Positions 35,701 through 44,041 of a DNA stretch of 64,000 nucleotides are shown here, piece after piece; positions within the stretch are counted from its first letter, which is position 1, and each line of letters begins with the position of its first letter. Origin of the DNA: a virus; IMG/VR virus record IMGVR_UViG_3300032267_001204, positions 8,314-72,313 of that record, one strand, 5' to 3'. The position numbers and the translations under genes are program-made. Below the pieces are notes generated by a model. That model was not told the DNA's origin, searched no databases, and saw nothing but the letters and a program-made list of their open reading frames with translations.

Positions 35701-38700
35701 CTGAGTTTGCTCACCAGCTTTTTGTCTTCGCCGACGAGCCTTAATAGTTCAGGACCCACGCTTCCGCCCGGTGTATTTTCTTCTTCAGGCGCGTCGTCAG
35801 TGAGTTCGGTCGCGTTCGCGACGTTTCCGACTTCCAGCTCTTCTTTTTGCGGCGCGATTAGGGTTTCCGGCACAAAGCGTTCGTCGAGGGAAACAGTCGA
35901 AGGGGCTTCCTTCCGCATCCTCCGGATCGACTTGGTGGCCGCGTTAACGGCGGCTTGGGCTACTTTGAACGGGGGAGCCTTGCTGCTCGTGATCCGGGAG
36001 ACCTTGATAAGGTCGTCCACAAAACGATCAACTTCGGGAGAGCTGTCCGTGCTAACCACAGTCTTTTTGATCGCGTCATAATCTTTTTTCCCGAGACGTT
36101 CCTCCGTCCCGGCTTTGGCAACTTGGCGCCGCTTTCCTTTTGGAGAAATTACTTTTTCAAGGTCGTCGAGCGTTTCGTTGAAAACCTTTACGGCGTAGGT
36201 CTTGTCGGGGTTGTCTCGAAAACGGGCGGCAATCTTATCACGCAGGACAGCAAGATCGTTAAAGTCAGGTTCATTTAGTCTTACTCCCAGATCGAGAGCG
36301 GCTTTTCGGACTTTGAGTTCAAGGTCTTCTGTAGGTTTGGGTTTTTTGACTGCGCGAGCAGCCGCCAAGGCCGCCGCAAAGCGACGAGCAATTTTGACCT
36401 GCGTCGCCACTGGAAGGGTGGACGTCCGACCGGATGCCGCCGCAACGAATTGCTCCATGGTAGACGTTGCGGCCTTTTTCAAAGCCAAGGTGCGGAGGTC
36501 ATCGGATTCGACATTGGTGAGCGGGCTGCCACCTCCGACTGTAATGCCCGTCGTGCGTCCCAGAAATGGCTCGAGACCTTCGAGGAGCTGACGATAAAGG
36601 ATGCTGAACGCTTCGGGCAGCGCGGCCATTCGTCGATTAAGCTGCTGCGCTTCGCGAAGATCTACCGCGCTGCTCGACAAACGAGTTTTCTCGGCCTCAA
36701 ATCCACGCGCTGGGTCTTGCTGATAAATCTTGGTGAAGCTTCCAACGCCACTAAGCTTTTTGAAGCTCAGGGGCCTGTACGCAGACGACTTCCGGTTCGC
36801 TTCAAGCCGCTTCTTGTCGTAAGCGTTGGGGAGCATCTCAAGGCGAGCGGACAGATCGACCACGGCTTTCTCGGCGGCCCGCAAGGCGTTCTGTTCGTTC
36901 GGTGCTTCGACGAGTCCGAGACGCTGCTCCCGGAGCGTGTTGAGCCGCCCTTCGATGGCCGCCCGTTCTTCTGCGAGTTTTCCGGCAGACTGATTGACGC
37001 GCTTTGTCCGCCCAGCGATCGCTCTTTTGATACGCTCAGCGTCGCTCCTAATCTGGGTTAGCTCGTCAGTTCTTGATTTTCGCTCTGCTTTGAGTGATGC
37101 GAGCCGTGTTTCTGCTTCGCGCAATTGAGCTTCGTAGTTAAGGCCTCCGAGCCCTTCGCGAACGAGTTGAGACGCGGCGAAGCGGCCTGTCGGCTGTTTT
37201 TTGACGGCTTCGCGCAGCTCGCGAATTTCCTTTTCGGCGTTGGTAATCGCGTTAGCTGAAAGTTCACCGAAGAGTTTTCCGCCTTTGCCTTCGGGCGCGT
37301 TCAGTTCTTGCCGCCGCGCTGCAAGGGCCGTCAGACGTTCGTTAAGTGTTTCTAGGGTGCTTTCTCCGTCGATGCGCGTCTCAAGCGCGGATAATTGCAG
37401 GGCTCTCGACTGGACATTCTTACGGGCTTCAGCCGCCCGACTGCTAACGGCGGCCTGCGCCTGCCGTAGTTCGGCTTCACGATTCGGTGTCGCGTTTTGC
37501 GACGCGGTTTGCAACGCGGCTTCTATTTGTTCGAGCTGCGCTTTTGCATCAGCAAGGGTTTGACGATCTTTGTCTTGGGCCTTCCGAAGCGCGTTGAGCT
37601 GGCGGGTTAAGCCTCGCGTATTTCCAGCTTTTTCGGGCGCGCGTGCCGCCGATCCGATTTCAGCCAACGCTATTTCGGCATCTCTAATCTCGGCGTCCAG
37701 ACGATCACGCTCCGCGAGGGCGGCGTTGTTACCCCGCAGTAAGGCGTCAAAAGTTTTACGCGCTTGATCGCGGTTTTGGATCGCCCCCGTGAGCGCAGTT
37801 TGAGTTTGTTGAATTTCTGCGTCTTCTTCGGCGTCGAGGCGGGCAAGCGCTTCTCGGTCTTGCTCTCCGATCGTCCGTTGCTGGTCTCGGCCCGCTTTGT
37901 TTTTCGGCGGAGATACGTTGGTGAGGGTGAAGCTCAGAGGATTCTGCGCGAGAACAGGCGTCCCTTCTGGGACGAAGCGGCCAGTTTCGTCACGAACACC
38001 AGCTCCAGTTTTGACCGGTGCGTCATACGAGCCTTGGCTGACTTCGACGGGTGAGGATTTCCCATCAACGCCGCGCCAAGTGACGGACACCACTGTAGGA
38101 GCAATTCTTCCGCGAAACAGCCGGCGCTCAATTTTGACGTCCGGATCGCCTTGCAGCAGAGATACCAATTCTGGGGTTGCGGGCACCACGTCACCAGCGT
38201 TCAGATGCCGTGCGATGTCAGTTATGGCGCGGCGCTTCGCCACGTTTCGGTTGTTAGTTGCGAGATTAAACTGGGAGAGAGCCTCGTTGTAAGCGTCGAG
38301 CTGCGCTGAATTAGCTTCGTTTTCTCTGACGCGGACAGCTTCGTCGGTGCGTTGCCGGGCAATGATTGCGGCGTCGCGGAGCTTTTGGTCTCTGCGTTGA
38401 GGGGTCTCAGGCACCGCTTCCAATTCACCGGCTTCGTTGGTGAAGAAGCCTCCGGCAAACACTTTGGCTTGCTCCTCTTCAAAAAGTCTTTCGTAAATCG
38501 CGGTGCGTTCTTCGTTCGTCAGGGATTGCCGCTGCGGTTTTGTGGGGCGAACCGGCGCTTTACCTTTCGGCACTCGGATAACCGGCGTGAGACGGGCAAC
38601 GATAGGGCGGCCATTATTCCATGCGGGGCCGGCCGGCTCGGAAGACAAATCGCTCGCTGGCGCGGGTTGAGGCCCGAATGGAGTTCGCATCTCGTCCAGA

Positions 38701-41471
38701 AGCGACGTCAGTTCGCGAGCCCGGGCGGACAAGGCTTCTCGCTGAGCTTGAGACAAGACGCGGCTGACCTCGATCCCGAGATCTTTAGCTTGCGCGGCGA
38801 TAGACGCGGCAACGCCGCCAGATCGACCTTCCGCGTTGAACGCTCCGCGATCACTCCCCGCGAGCTTCTGGCGGACTTCGTTTAGCTCTTTTGTGTATTG
38901 CTCGCGCAGAGCTTTTCCCTCCGGAGTCTCATCTACTGCGGCCTGCTGCGGGTCCCGGGCGGCCCCTACGCCCGAAGCCTTGCTCGGCGCAGCGTCGCCC
39001 GGAACGTAATCTATTTTGTAGTTTCGAGGCTCGTCTCTTGTGCCGTCGGAAATGGAAACTGTGGTGGGGAGTCGAACGATTGCGTTCTTCAGCGCGGCGA
39101 GCCTTTGTTTTGCTTCGACGAGTGCGGTGGAAGCGGGATCGAGTGTTTGCGAAAGTTCAGCAACCTCTTGCTCCGCTGCCGCGATTTCTGCGGCGTTGCC
39201 ACTGGCTCCAGACGGCACGAAAGCATCTCCGTCTTGAGTTCCGGCGATCCCGAGCACCTCATTCAATTCTTCGGGAGTCTTCGCCGCGTTGATCGCCGCA
39301 TTAAATTCGTCTTCTTGGGTGCGAAGATCTTCGAGAGTCCGGTTCGCTATGAGGCCGAACTGACTCGGCTTAAGCTCAAACCGATTGTTAGTGTCGTCGT
39401 CTTGAAAAATGGCATTGCCGCTTTTGCGAAGGCCCACAAATCGAGCATTCCGAGTTCCTCCTCGGCCATCAGCGATGCTTACTTCGGCGCCCGAGTTCAG
39501 AGTTCCTACTCGATCGGTGAGGACGCTACCTTCTAACGCTTTGCGATTCTCGGCTTCTTGAGCTTCGCGTGCGGCCCGGGAGTTCGCCAGCTCACTGACG
39601 AATGTGGCGGCCCCCATGGCTTGGCGAGCGGCGGTCGTCGGCGCACGATTCAAACGCTCACGAAGCGCGGCAACTGCCGTCGCTTTTTGTTCGGCTTCTT
39701 TGGCGCTTAAGGTTTGATCGGCAAGCTCCTTTTCAAGGCGGGCGATCTCGGCTTCTGCCTCCTGCTTCTTGAGCGTCGCGTCGGCCTCGGAAAAATCAAA
39801 CTGCCCTGAACCTAGAAGCACGAAGCCCGAATCCCCTGGCATATATGCGGGATCGGCCTCATGCGTTTCCTTGATGGGTTTTTGCCGAGGGGCGAGTTCC
39901 GGCTCGGCTTCCCCTTCGACCCCCGCTTCGCGCTGCGATTTGAAATACTCCAGCTCCTTGGCTAGGGCGGCACCTTCTATGGTTGTCATGTCTAGAGGCG
40001 CTACGCGGACGCCGCCGAGATCAACCGCTGCGCCGACACGCCCGTCGTATTCGTTCTCTGGGTCGATGGCCGCCCATCCGACGTTCTCGTTGAAGCGGAA
40101 CTTGAGGCCGTCCCTTTCGATCGGCTCCGACCACGCTCCCAGAATGTCCTGCGGGGTTTCGGGGGCAAGAGTTTCTTGGTCTTGGTCGTCCCCGTCGATT
40201 CCGTCTATCGCTTGCTTGGTGCGCGGCGCCAAGGACTCCAAAGTTCCTGCGCCGCCGCCAAGCATACCGCCGATTGTGGCGCCGGCCGCTCCCGCGACCA
40301 TACGCTGCCTCCCTGCTCCAGGAGCGTTGAGCCGCTCTTCGATAGTCTGGTTCGGGTCGGCCATGCCGACGGCGGCCTGTTCGAGGCCGGTCTGGAGGTA
40401 CTCGGTCGTTCCTTCCAAGGCCGAACCGATGGCCGCCCCTTTGGTCGCTCCAGCAGCAACGCGCCCGGGGAACTTCAAATTTAGCGGCTTGCTTTCGACG
40501 CCGAACATTTTGTTGACGCCCGGAATCTTCGAGGCCACGAATCCCTCAAACAAAGTATCCAGCGCGGCTCCGGGGACCGATGTGGCGAGAGCCGCCGTGA
40601 CGGCTTCGCTACCGCCCTCACCCGTCTCATCGCGAACTTGGCCGTAGGTTCCGCCGGAAATCTGTCCCAGATTGGCGAGGTACGCGCCAGTCATGGCGCC
40701 GTACTTGGTGGCCTGCTTGACGCCTTCTTGGGCGGCCTTAGACCCGGCCATTGTCCCCGCTGTTTGCAGGCTCGTCCCCGCTGCGGTGGCCCGAGTAAGA
40801 AGCCCCTTGGTAAGTTGCTCCGCGACTTCACGCTCGGCCATCTCGCGGGTAATCTCACCGCCGGCTACGCGCTCGGCGGCTTCTCGTCCAATGGCTCTGC
40901 CAGCCATCCGCTTGGCGACCTGATTGGCGACCATCCGCTTGGCGAGCGATTTACCGACCGCGCCGCCGACGCCGCCTCCCAGAATCGAGGTCAAGAGCTG
41001 GGGGATCTGTTCGCCGAGGAGGCCGACGGCATAGCGGCCGGCATCGCCCAAGTCTTCGATATCTTCGAAAGGATCCTGGACCGAAGCGGCCTGCGTCGCC
41101 GCCTCTTCCATGGCCCGACGATAATTGTCGTAGCCCCAATCGGAGGCCCGCTCGATTCCCAGTCCGTCGGCGGCCAGCCCCAAGAAGCCGTAAGCCAGCC
41201 CTTCGAGCTGGTCCCCGCCCCGGCTCAACCCGACAGAGAACTCTTCTCCCAGAGTACGGGGGACGGCTTCGAATCTGGTTCCGACGTTTAACCCTCGGGA
41301 GCTGTCGGCCAACGAAGGCAAAAGGCTCTTAGCCGACTCCTGTTCTTGCTCGGGCGCAGATTCTTGGGGTATCGCCAGCTCGGCAGGTTCATCTAAAGAC
41401 ACCCGCCGCTGGTTTAACCCTTGAACTTTTTCTTCGTCTTCTTGCTCCAGAAGATAGTCGTACCAAGCCAT
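29748..41471 (-). CDS. Giant internal virion/ejection (polyvalent) protein, 3907 aa
   Basis: Uninterrupted 11.7-kb ORF with Gly-zipper segments, coiled coils, a zincin motif (LLHELSH..EEF) and a Pro/Glu linker. Sits at the end of the structural operon. Confidence 0.8.
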   Translation of the reverse strand: MAWYDYLLEQEDEEKVQGLNQRRVSLDEPAELAIPQESAPEQEQESAKSLLPSLADSSRGLNVGTRFEAVPRTLGEEFSVGLSRGGDQLEGLAYGFLGLAADGLGIERASDWGYDNYRRAMEEAATQAASVQDPFEDIEDLGDAGRYAVGLLGEQIPQLLTSILGGGVGGAVGKSLAKRMVANQVAKRMAGRAIGREAAERVAGGEITREMAEREVAEQLTKGLLTRATAAGTSLQTAGTMAGSKAAQEGVKQATKYGAMTGAYLANLGQISGGTYGQVRDETGEGGSEAVTAALATSVPGAALDTLFEGFVASKIPGVNKMFGVESKPLNLKFPGRVAAGATKGAAIGSALEGTTEYLQTGLEQAAVGMADPNQTIEERLNAPGAGRQRMVAGAAGATIGGMLGGGAGTLESLAPRTKQAIDGIDGDDQDQETLAPETPQDILGAWSEPIERDGLKFRFNENVGWAAIDPENEYDGRVGAAVDLGGVRVAPLDMTTIEGAALAKELEYFKSQREAGVEGEAEPELAPRQKPIKETHEADPAYMPGDSGFVLLGSGQFDFSEADATLKKQEAEAEIARLEKELADQTLSAKEAEQKATAVAALRERLNRAPTTAARQAMGAATFVSELANSRAAREAQEAENRKALEGSVLTDRVGTLNSGAEVSIADGRGGTRNARFVGLRKSGNAIFQDDDTNNRFELKPSQFGLIANRTLEDLRTQEDEFNAAINAAKTPEELNEVLGIAGTQDGDAFVPSGASGNAAEIAAAEQEVAELSQTLDPASTALVEAKQRLAALKNAIVRLPTTVSISDGTRDEPRNYKIDYVPGDAAPSKASGVGAARDPQQAAVDETPEGKALREQYTKELNEVRQKLAGSDRGAFNAEGRSGGVAASIAAQAKDLGIEVSRVLSQAQREALSARARELTSLLDEMRTPFGPQPAPASDLSSEPAGPAWNNGRPIVARLTPVIRVPKGKAPVRPTKPQRQSLTNEERTAIYERLFEEEQAKVFAGGFFTNEAGELEAVPETPQRRDQKLRDAAIIARQRTDEAVRVRENEANSAQLDAYNEALSQFNLATNNRNVAKRRAITDIARHLNAGDVVPATPELVSLLQGDPDVKIERRLFRGRIAPTVVSVTWRGVDGKSSPVEVSQGSYDAPVKTGAGVRDETGRFVPEGTPVLAQNPLSFTLTNVSPPKNKAGRDQQRTIGEQDREALARLDAEEDAEIQQTQTALTGAIQNRDQARKTFDALLRGNNAALAERDRLDAEIRDAEIALAEIGSAARAPEKAGNTRGLTRQLNALRKAQDKDRQTLADAKAQLEQIEAALQTASQNATPNREAELRQAQAAVSSRAAEARKNVQSRALQLSALETRIDGESTLETLNERLTALAARRQELNAPEGKGGKLFGELSANAITNAEKEIRELREAVKKQPTGRFAASQLVREGLGGLNYEAQLREAETRLASLKAERKSRTDELTQIRSDAERIKRAIAGRTKRVNQSAGKLAEERAAIEGRLNTLREQRLGLVEAPNEQNALRAAEKAVVDLSARLEMLPNAYDKKRLEANRKSSAYRPLSFKKLSGVGSFTKIYQQDPARGFEAEKTRLSSSAVDLREAQQLNRRMAALPEAFSILYRQLLEGLEPFLGRTTGITVGGGSPLTNVESDDLRTLALKKAATSTMEQFVAAASGRTSTLPVATQVKIARRFAAALAAARAVKKPKPTEDLELKVRKAALDLGVRLNEPDFNDLAVLRDKIAARFRDNPDKTYAVKVFNETLDDLEKVISPKGKRRQVAKAGTEERLGKKDYDAIKKTVVSTDSSPEVDRFVDDLIKVSRITSSKAPPFKVAQAAVNAATKSIRRMRKEAPSTVSLDERFVPETLIAPQKEELEVGNVANATELTDDAPEEENTPGGSVGPELLRLVGEDKKLVSKLSTEDQKLFLGTFGLEWDPSQDRYWYKDPGKIARLEELVTATGRVDFSNLDPRLQEIIRYIQGDVSYNTLYGIPENNLIGKKAADWKPSATAERLLQQKENREILEWAKRGGNAGRISGRGLSAAGDGAVAGGAPRVSQSLGGPDPDPTGERGLRSPGGPDADRSGSVSSGAAQSVRGSRPRTRLLNRTVRTVAPRAARAYVASWSGLTSKDLEGYTDEQINRIVTAIETEGRATESTLAAGGNVIGQTSQPFADLLLTKSATELLAGMAATQAARRRGSNAAKLKIKRENIRKLIQSGAFKDIETFLKTVANDQSQSLKARSIAAAFVKLGPRLGWNDNVSLQIAGFGRNFNSQPLTEEEIDRRVKVKDGKITLTLGSKKKEITLDADPDKADAQIAAAQSEVEDDIIKSNAVTWSGRAAESDGAYSIYLNTNAVHDNREGGAIDTLLHELSHVVVNSKLNGLVELNSAERAAIQRLEGFRRQSIIAAGRSRGLDVPAKPTDAEVKIISDQLQEIAASESNQALISLTSLEEFVVEVTHNPEVAKQLATLGFGKGTFKGDFVAALKDVWNSIVALITGVQVDSSSPLAEGFSDSWRLNFSSVEGDAAPELIRSRMIDEMEAAVAQAQYIEEQLEAQDLAGTSEDRNRLAAEWPAVREARRQQAQQAQAEARREIRLPSGRVLRYRQGFAPTSGVAGVNVLPRGTEVILLEQASEAEAAEAGRSVDEIQQDISKKESDLRALKGILEGPLADLHAFKTQRRRNTNKPEDPRVREAAQKLGRNTFTPMADIEAELNLLYSELAAAKARQPAEPAKPVEPKPEPPPVEPKPEPDPEPPKEPPKKKKKAPAPDPDPEAAPEVSDADTTDADTTGESPRLKVVPEPKGTPAPKPTRKTDPEIDKAVQAMSRSEFVAWAQKTSRAEPVVIDGETKGDNFRPPSGGQMDSGVYWDLFNEKNQAAVEKRMRKRAPAPEVTVKRDPDSMTEQELNEIPSIRYSDSLGGKFERIFRDEVSKTPTGGTYVKGKFISAVDRLMDARGTDKFQSSRAGIKAEASRADANIRLLVRAVRDRNIDPRKITTALGNLDNPFTEAQMAEMTRVRLTDPEAAAELKDRYRRENRMKFRERQTAALKSLPRDVRVLVTQMRDHINVLQRRLKSEGLVSGDLEIAIDETLGIYLNRSYAIFDNPKWADRVRKNLKVMAGARGFLKKQLIEKAKERILNTATKSGTTISEAEAQRQATRSVAAADVETALEAALSVKDPTLEALSGRVMGQKNLSIFMSRGTIAPEIQALWGVYDNPETAYGKTILKMSTLIYNHRFLRELRELGLSEGWFSAQPEMRRDEDTGEFVVRGANFEEILRTTDRDAAETAFRDAFADWEAPTGFVKISDETNARLSPLAGVWGNRDIVEALYKMYPQSDAENAARLFAKATGLSMAMATVGSAAAQTRNYLSGYLKLLSTGALMPGSFSGKAIGLAHQTAIQEAFKNYGSGPKAYEKARQEIEKLIRLRVFGESVTANMIDDLVQDYRELGGARVQAGDAVTRKITQPFRKLWDFAQGTYAMSDNIMRAIVFYTERENYRRAYPKMSEAELDEKAAEISRDIYWTYSEAPQWVQELKRGPGLVVAPFITFTTEVVRTAINTLRLAASEIKSGNPELRSLGYRRIGGFGLAMTVPAVAAGGIAAMAGMTPEDEEDLREFLPDWQKNNQLLLFGRTGNTISYADISFFDGHEYFKKPFVAMMRAFGRAESMPEAIADGGVAMVGELMKPFVGEQIVFGAVTSVLRNVDAGGRRIYNPQDSGTNIAQAVGAHLAGAFVPGTAKTIYRGSLGVAGIVSDSGQQFSAAQEIGAIVTGTRIRQVDLDQALGFGASEFLRNKRDATSLFNRVLLSRGTQPPGAVAGSFDLTDQAQYRLTQEARRQYMAARRLGLPEPAAISRLRATGIGKDDLEDIASGIYRPFQPSKESLKNAAPERAREAQQAAGQAQERDL
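35081..35494 (-). CDS. Candidate overprinted gene nested in the giant ORF
   Basis: 137-aa alternative frame with a helical core; TACAAT lies 7 nt before its ATG. Confidence 0.45.
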   Translation of the reverse strand: MEYQKTTSSERKPLTGSPVQQPSDSSNKKKTEKSSNGPSVAEMQAAFPDVACRLLAMVLSQEEHRELANRLGGPILIRLAKGDYGALADLMLTDPEAFQVAPLNRFEDLAHELVFSTAPSEQSLPEQPEPTSPPGLA

Positions 41472-41512
41472 TGCTAAAAGTAGCGGTTGTTAGGTTATGA
41501 TGCAACCGGACG

Positions 41513-44038
41513 CTATTCCCGTTTTTTGTAAACCCGCGAACCCTGCCACGCAGGACCGGGTTCTCTGCCGTCATATTTCCATCCCCAGATAGCGTTTACG
41601 GCGTCGCCTAACATGTTATCGGCTCCAGCGCCTTGGCGGCGCGAGCTTGGCTCTTCGGAGGGTTGATAATATCCTTCTTTTTCCAAAATTGTTCGCTCTA
41701 AAGTATTCAGATTAGGCGCTTCGTTTGGATCTTCGGCTCGCTTAACCAGACGATTTACAATTTCTTTTTTTTGCAGGGGTGACTCTTTTTCTTCTGCGTA
41801 CCAAGTTCCGTTGATTTGACGCAGCTCAAATTTCGCAGTCGGCGCTAACCCTTCAGCTTCGGCGGGCCAAGTTTCGGCCAAATAGTCTTTATCGCCCCAG
41901 CGGTTAGGCTCACTGTCGCGACCAAGTTTTATGATTTTCGGCGGCTTTCCATCGTATCTCCAACTGAAGTTTTTGGCGAACTCGTCTCGGAGTTCGGGAT
42001 CGGACGACTCTTCTGGAGTCAGCAATTTTGAAATGGCTTCACCTAATCCAAAATCTAAGCCTCCTTGAATTCTTGAGGGCTGCTCAGATTTGGGCGCTTC
42101 TTCGCGGCGCGGGACTTCGTCCGTAAGTTGAGCGCGAAGTTTCTTGAGCTCGGAATCGATGAGGCTCCATTGTTTTTTCGCCGACTCATAGTCTAGTCGT
42201 CCGTCGGCTCCCGGCAAAGGAACGATCGCCGCTTGATCTTTTGTAAGCTGGGCGATTTGGAACTCGACGCTTGCTCGTTTGTTGAACTTTGCCTGCTGAG
42301 CCTTCGCGCTGCTCGCTCGTGCGCTCAAAGCTTTGTACCTCTGGTCAGCAGTTTCTCGGTTCGAGGCGTCAACCGCATCCATATTTTCTGCCGTAAACGG
42401 ATTCGGTTTGGCGACGTTGGCGGGTTTGGCTGCGGGCGCTGCGGGATTCGCGCTGCCCGTCATCGCTCCGATAGATTCATCGGTGAGATCTTCGGGCGCG
42501 AAGATTGAAATCCCTTGCCGCCCCCTCGAAATCACGGGCCTACCAGAATCACGGGCCGCTTTCATGGCGGCTGCTCGGAGAGCTGGCAACGTCGCCTCGT
42601 CAACTTTCCGCGTGCGTGCGTCGTTATCGAAACGGTCGATATCCAAGACCGTGTCGTCGTTCGGCAGATTAAACGATTTATCGAGCTGGCTTCGCGTGCC
42701 ATCGTCAGGTGCGGTGGCTCGCTTTTCGGACCAGATGCCGACATAATCGCGCGCCGTCATCGTCGGAGCCCCCGATACTTCGCGGTTTAGCCGTGAGATC
42801 TCCCGGTTAAGAAACTCTTTTTCTACTGGGTCAGTCGTTGCGGCCGCAGCGGTCGTCAGCGCATCTACCCGCTTCTTACCCAAGTCCAATAGTTTTTCCG
42901 GATCAGGGCCGCTTTGAGGTTTGCCAAGCAGAGCAGCAAAGGCTTCCTCTGTCTTTTCGGCGTTTCTTTTTTGCACCGCGCCTACAAGCTGAGCTGGGGT
43001 GTACGCGCCTTGGGAAGTCCGCGACAATTCGTCGTAAAGCCTCAACGAGTCGTCGTCAAACTTTCGCAGGGCGTCGTATTCTTGCGGCCCCAAGCCGAAA
43101 CGCGTAGCGGCTTCGTCTAGAATTCGTTTTTGCGTTGTGCGGTATTTTCCTTGAATTCTCGGCGCCTCTTTGCGGCTGGAGTTGTAGACTGCTGCGTTGA
43201 TGTTTCGCTCTAGGTCCTTGTCCGCTTGGAGGAACCTCCGCAGATCAGACGGCCCTTGCGGCGTCTCGGTTTCGGCGTCCGGCTGGCTGGCAAATGACTT
43301 TGCGTCCCCGCCAGTATACGGCGTTTGGAAGTTTGTCAGGGGATTCTGGGACAATGTGCGGCTCGTTGAAGACATCACTTCGTCTTTCTCAAAGTCGCTA
43401 ATCGGCTGAGAAACATCCTGCACGGGCGCGCCAGAGCCAACGGGCGCAAGTTCGGTCAAATCAAGGTCGGCCCCGAAGTTGTCCAGAACGTTAGACCTAG
43501 GCGCCTCTGCAAAAGTTCGCAGTAACGGATTGTCGGCCGCCGCGCTTGTCGGTTCGGACAAAGACACCGGACCTGACCGATCCATCATGTCTTGCGGCGC
43601 CATGCGACGCGCATCGTCCGAAATCGGAGCTGCTTGTTTCGTCGCTTGTCCTGGAGTCGCTTTGGGGGCGATTGCGCCAGGACCAAAAAGATCGCGGTAT
43701 TGATCTGGGTAGAGTCCAGAAAAATCATCGTCACCTTCGAGGCTGCCTTGAGCTAAAGACCGCCGATATTCAGCAGTCGCCAAGGATTCGCTGGCTGCCG
43801 CTTGGCTTGCCGTTATTTGGGCTCGCAGCCGCTCAAGCTCAAGCTGTGCCGCCGTAGCCGCGTAAGGCAGCGTCTCCCGCTTGATGGCGTTCTCGATGCC
43901 CTGAGCTTCTTGCAACCGAGATTCGGCTTGCTGCGCCAAAGCCGTGCGACGGCTTGCGTTAAAAGCTTCGACGCCGACGCCGATAGGATTCCAATCCCAG
44001 GGCGGTGCAGTGCTAATTGGTTCGAATAGTGCGCGCAT
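41513..44038 (-). CDS. Putative internal virion protein
   Basis: 841 aa, Ala/Glu/Pro-rich, located before the giant protein. Confidence 0.6.
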   Translation of the reverse strand: MRALFEPISTAPPWDWNPIGVGVEAFNASRRTALAQQAESRLQEAQGIENAIKRETLPYAATAAQLELERLRAQITASQAAASESLATAEYRRSLAQGSLEGDDDFSGLYPDQYRDLFGPGAIAPKATPGQATKQAAPISDDARRMAPQDMMDRSGPVSLSEPTSAAADNPLLRTFAEAPRSNVLDNFGADLDLTELAPVGSGAPVQDVSQPISDFEKDEVMSSTSRTLSQNPLTNFQTPYTGGDAKSFASQPDAETETPQGPSDLRRFLQADKDLERNINAAVYNSSRKEAPRIQGKYRTTQKRILDEAATRFGLGPQEYDALRKFDDDSLRLYDELSRTSQGAYTPAQLVGAVQKRNAEKTEEAFAALLGKPQSGPDPEKLLDLGKKRVDALTTAAAATTDPVEKEFLNREISRLNREVSGAPTMTARDYVGIWSEKRATAPDDGTRSQLDKSFNLPNDDTVLDIDRFDNDARTRKVDEATLPALRAAAMKAARDSGRPVISRGRQGISIFAPEDLTDESIGAMTGSANPAAPAAKPANVAKPNPFTAENMDAVDASNRETADQRYKALSARASSAKAQQAKFNKRASVEFQIAQLTKDQAAIVPLPGADGRLDYESAKKQWSLIDSELKKLRAQLTDEVPRREEAPKSEQPSRIQGGLDFGLGEAISKLLTPEESSDPELRDEFAKNFSWRYDGKPPKIIKLGRDSEPNRWGDKDYLAETWPAEAEGLAPTAKFELRQINGTWYAEEKESPLQKKEIVNRLVKRAEDPNEAPNLNTLERTILEKEGYYQPSEEPSSRRQGAGADNMLGDAVNAIWGWKYDGREPGPAWQGSRVYKKRE

Positions 44039-44041
44039 AAA

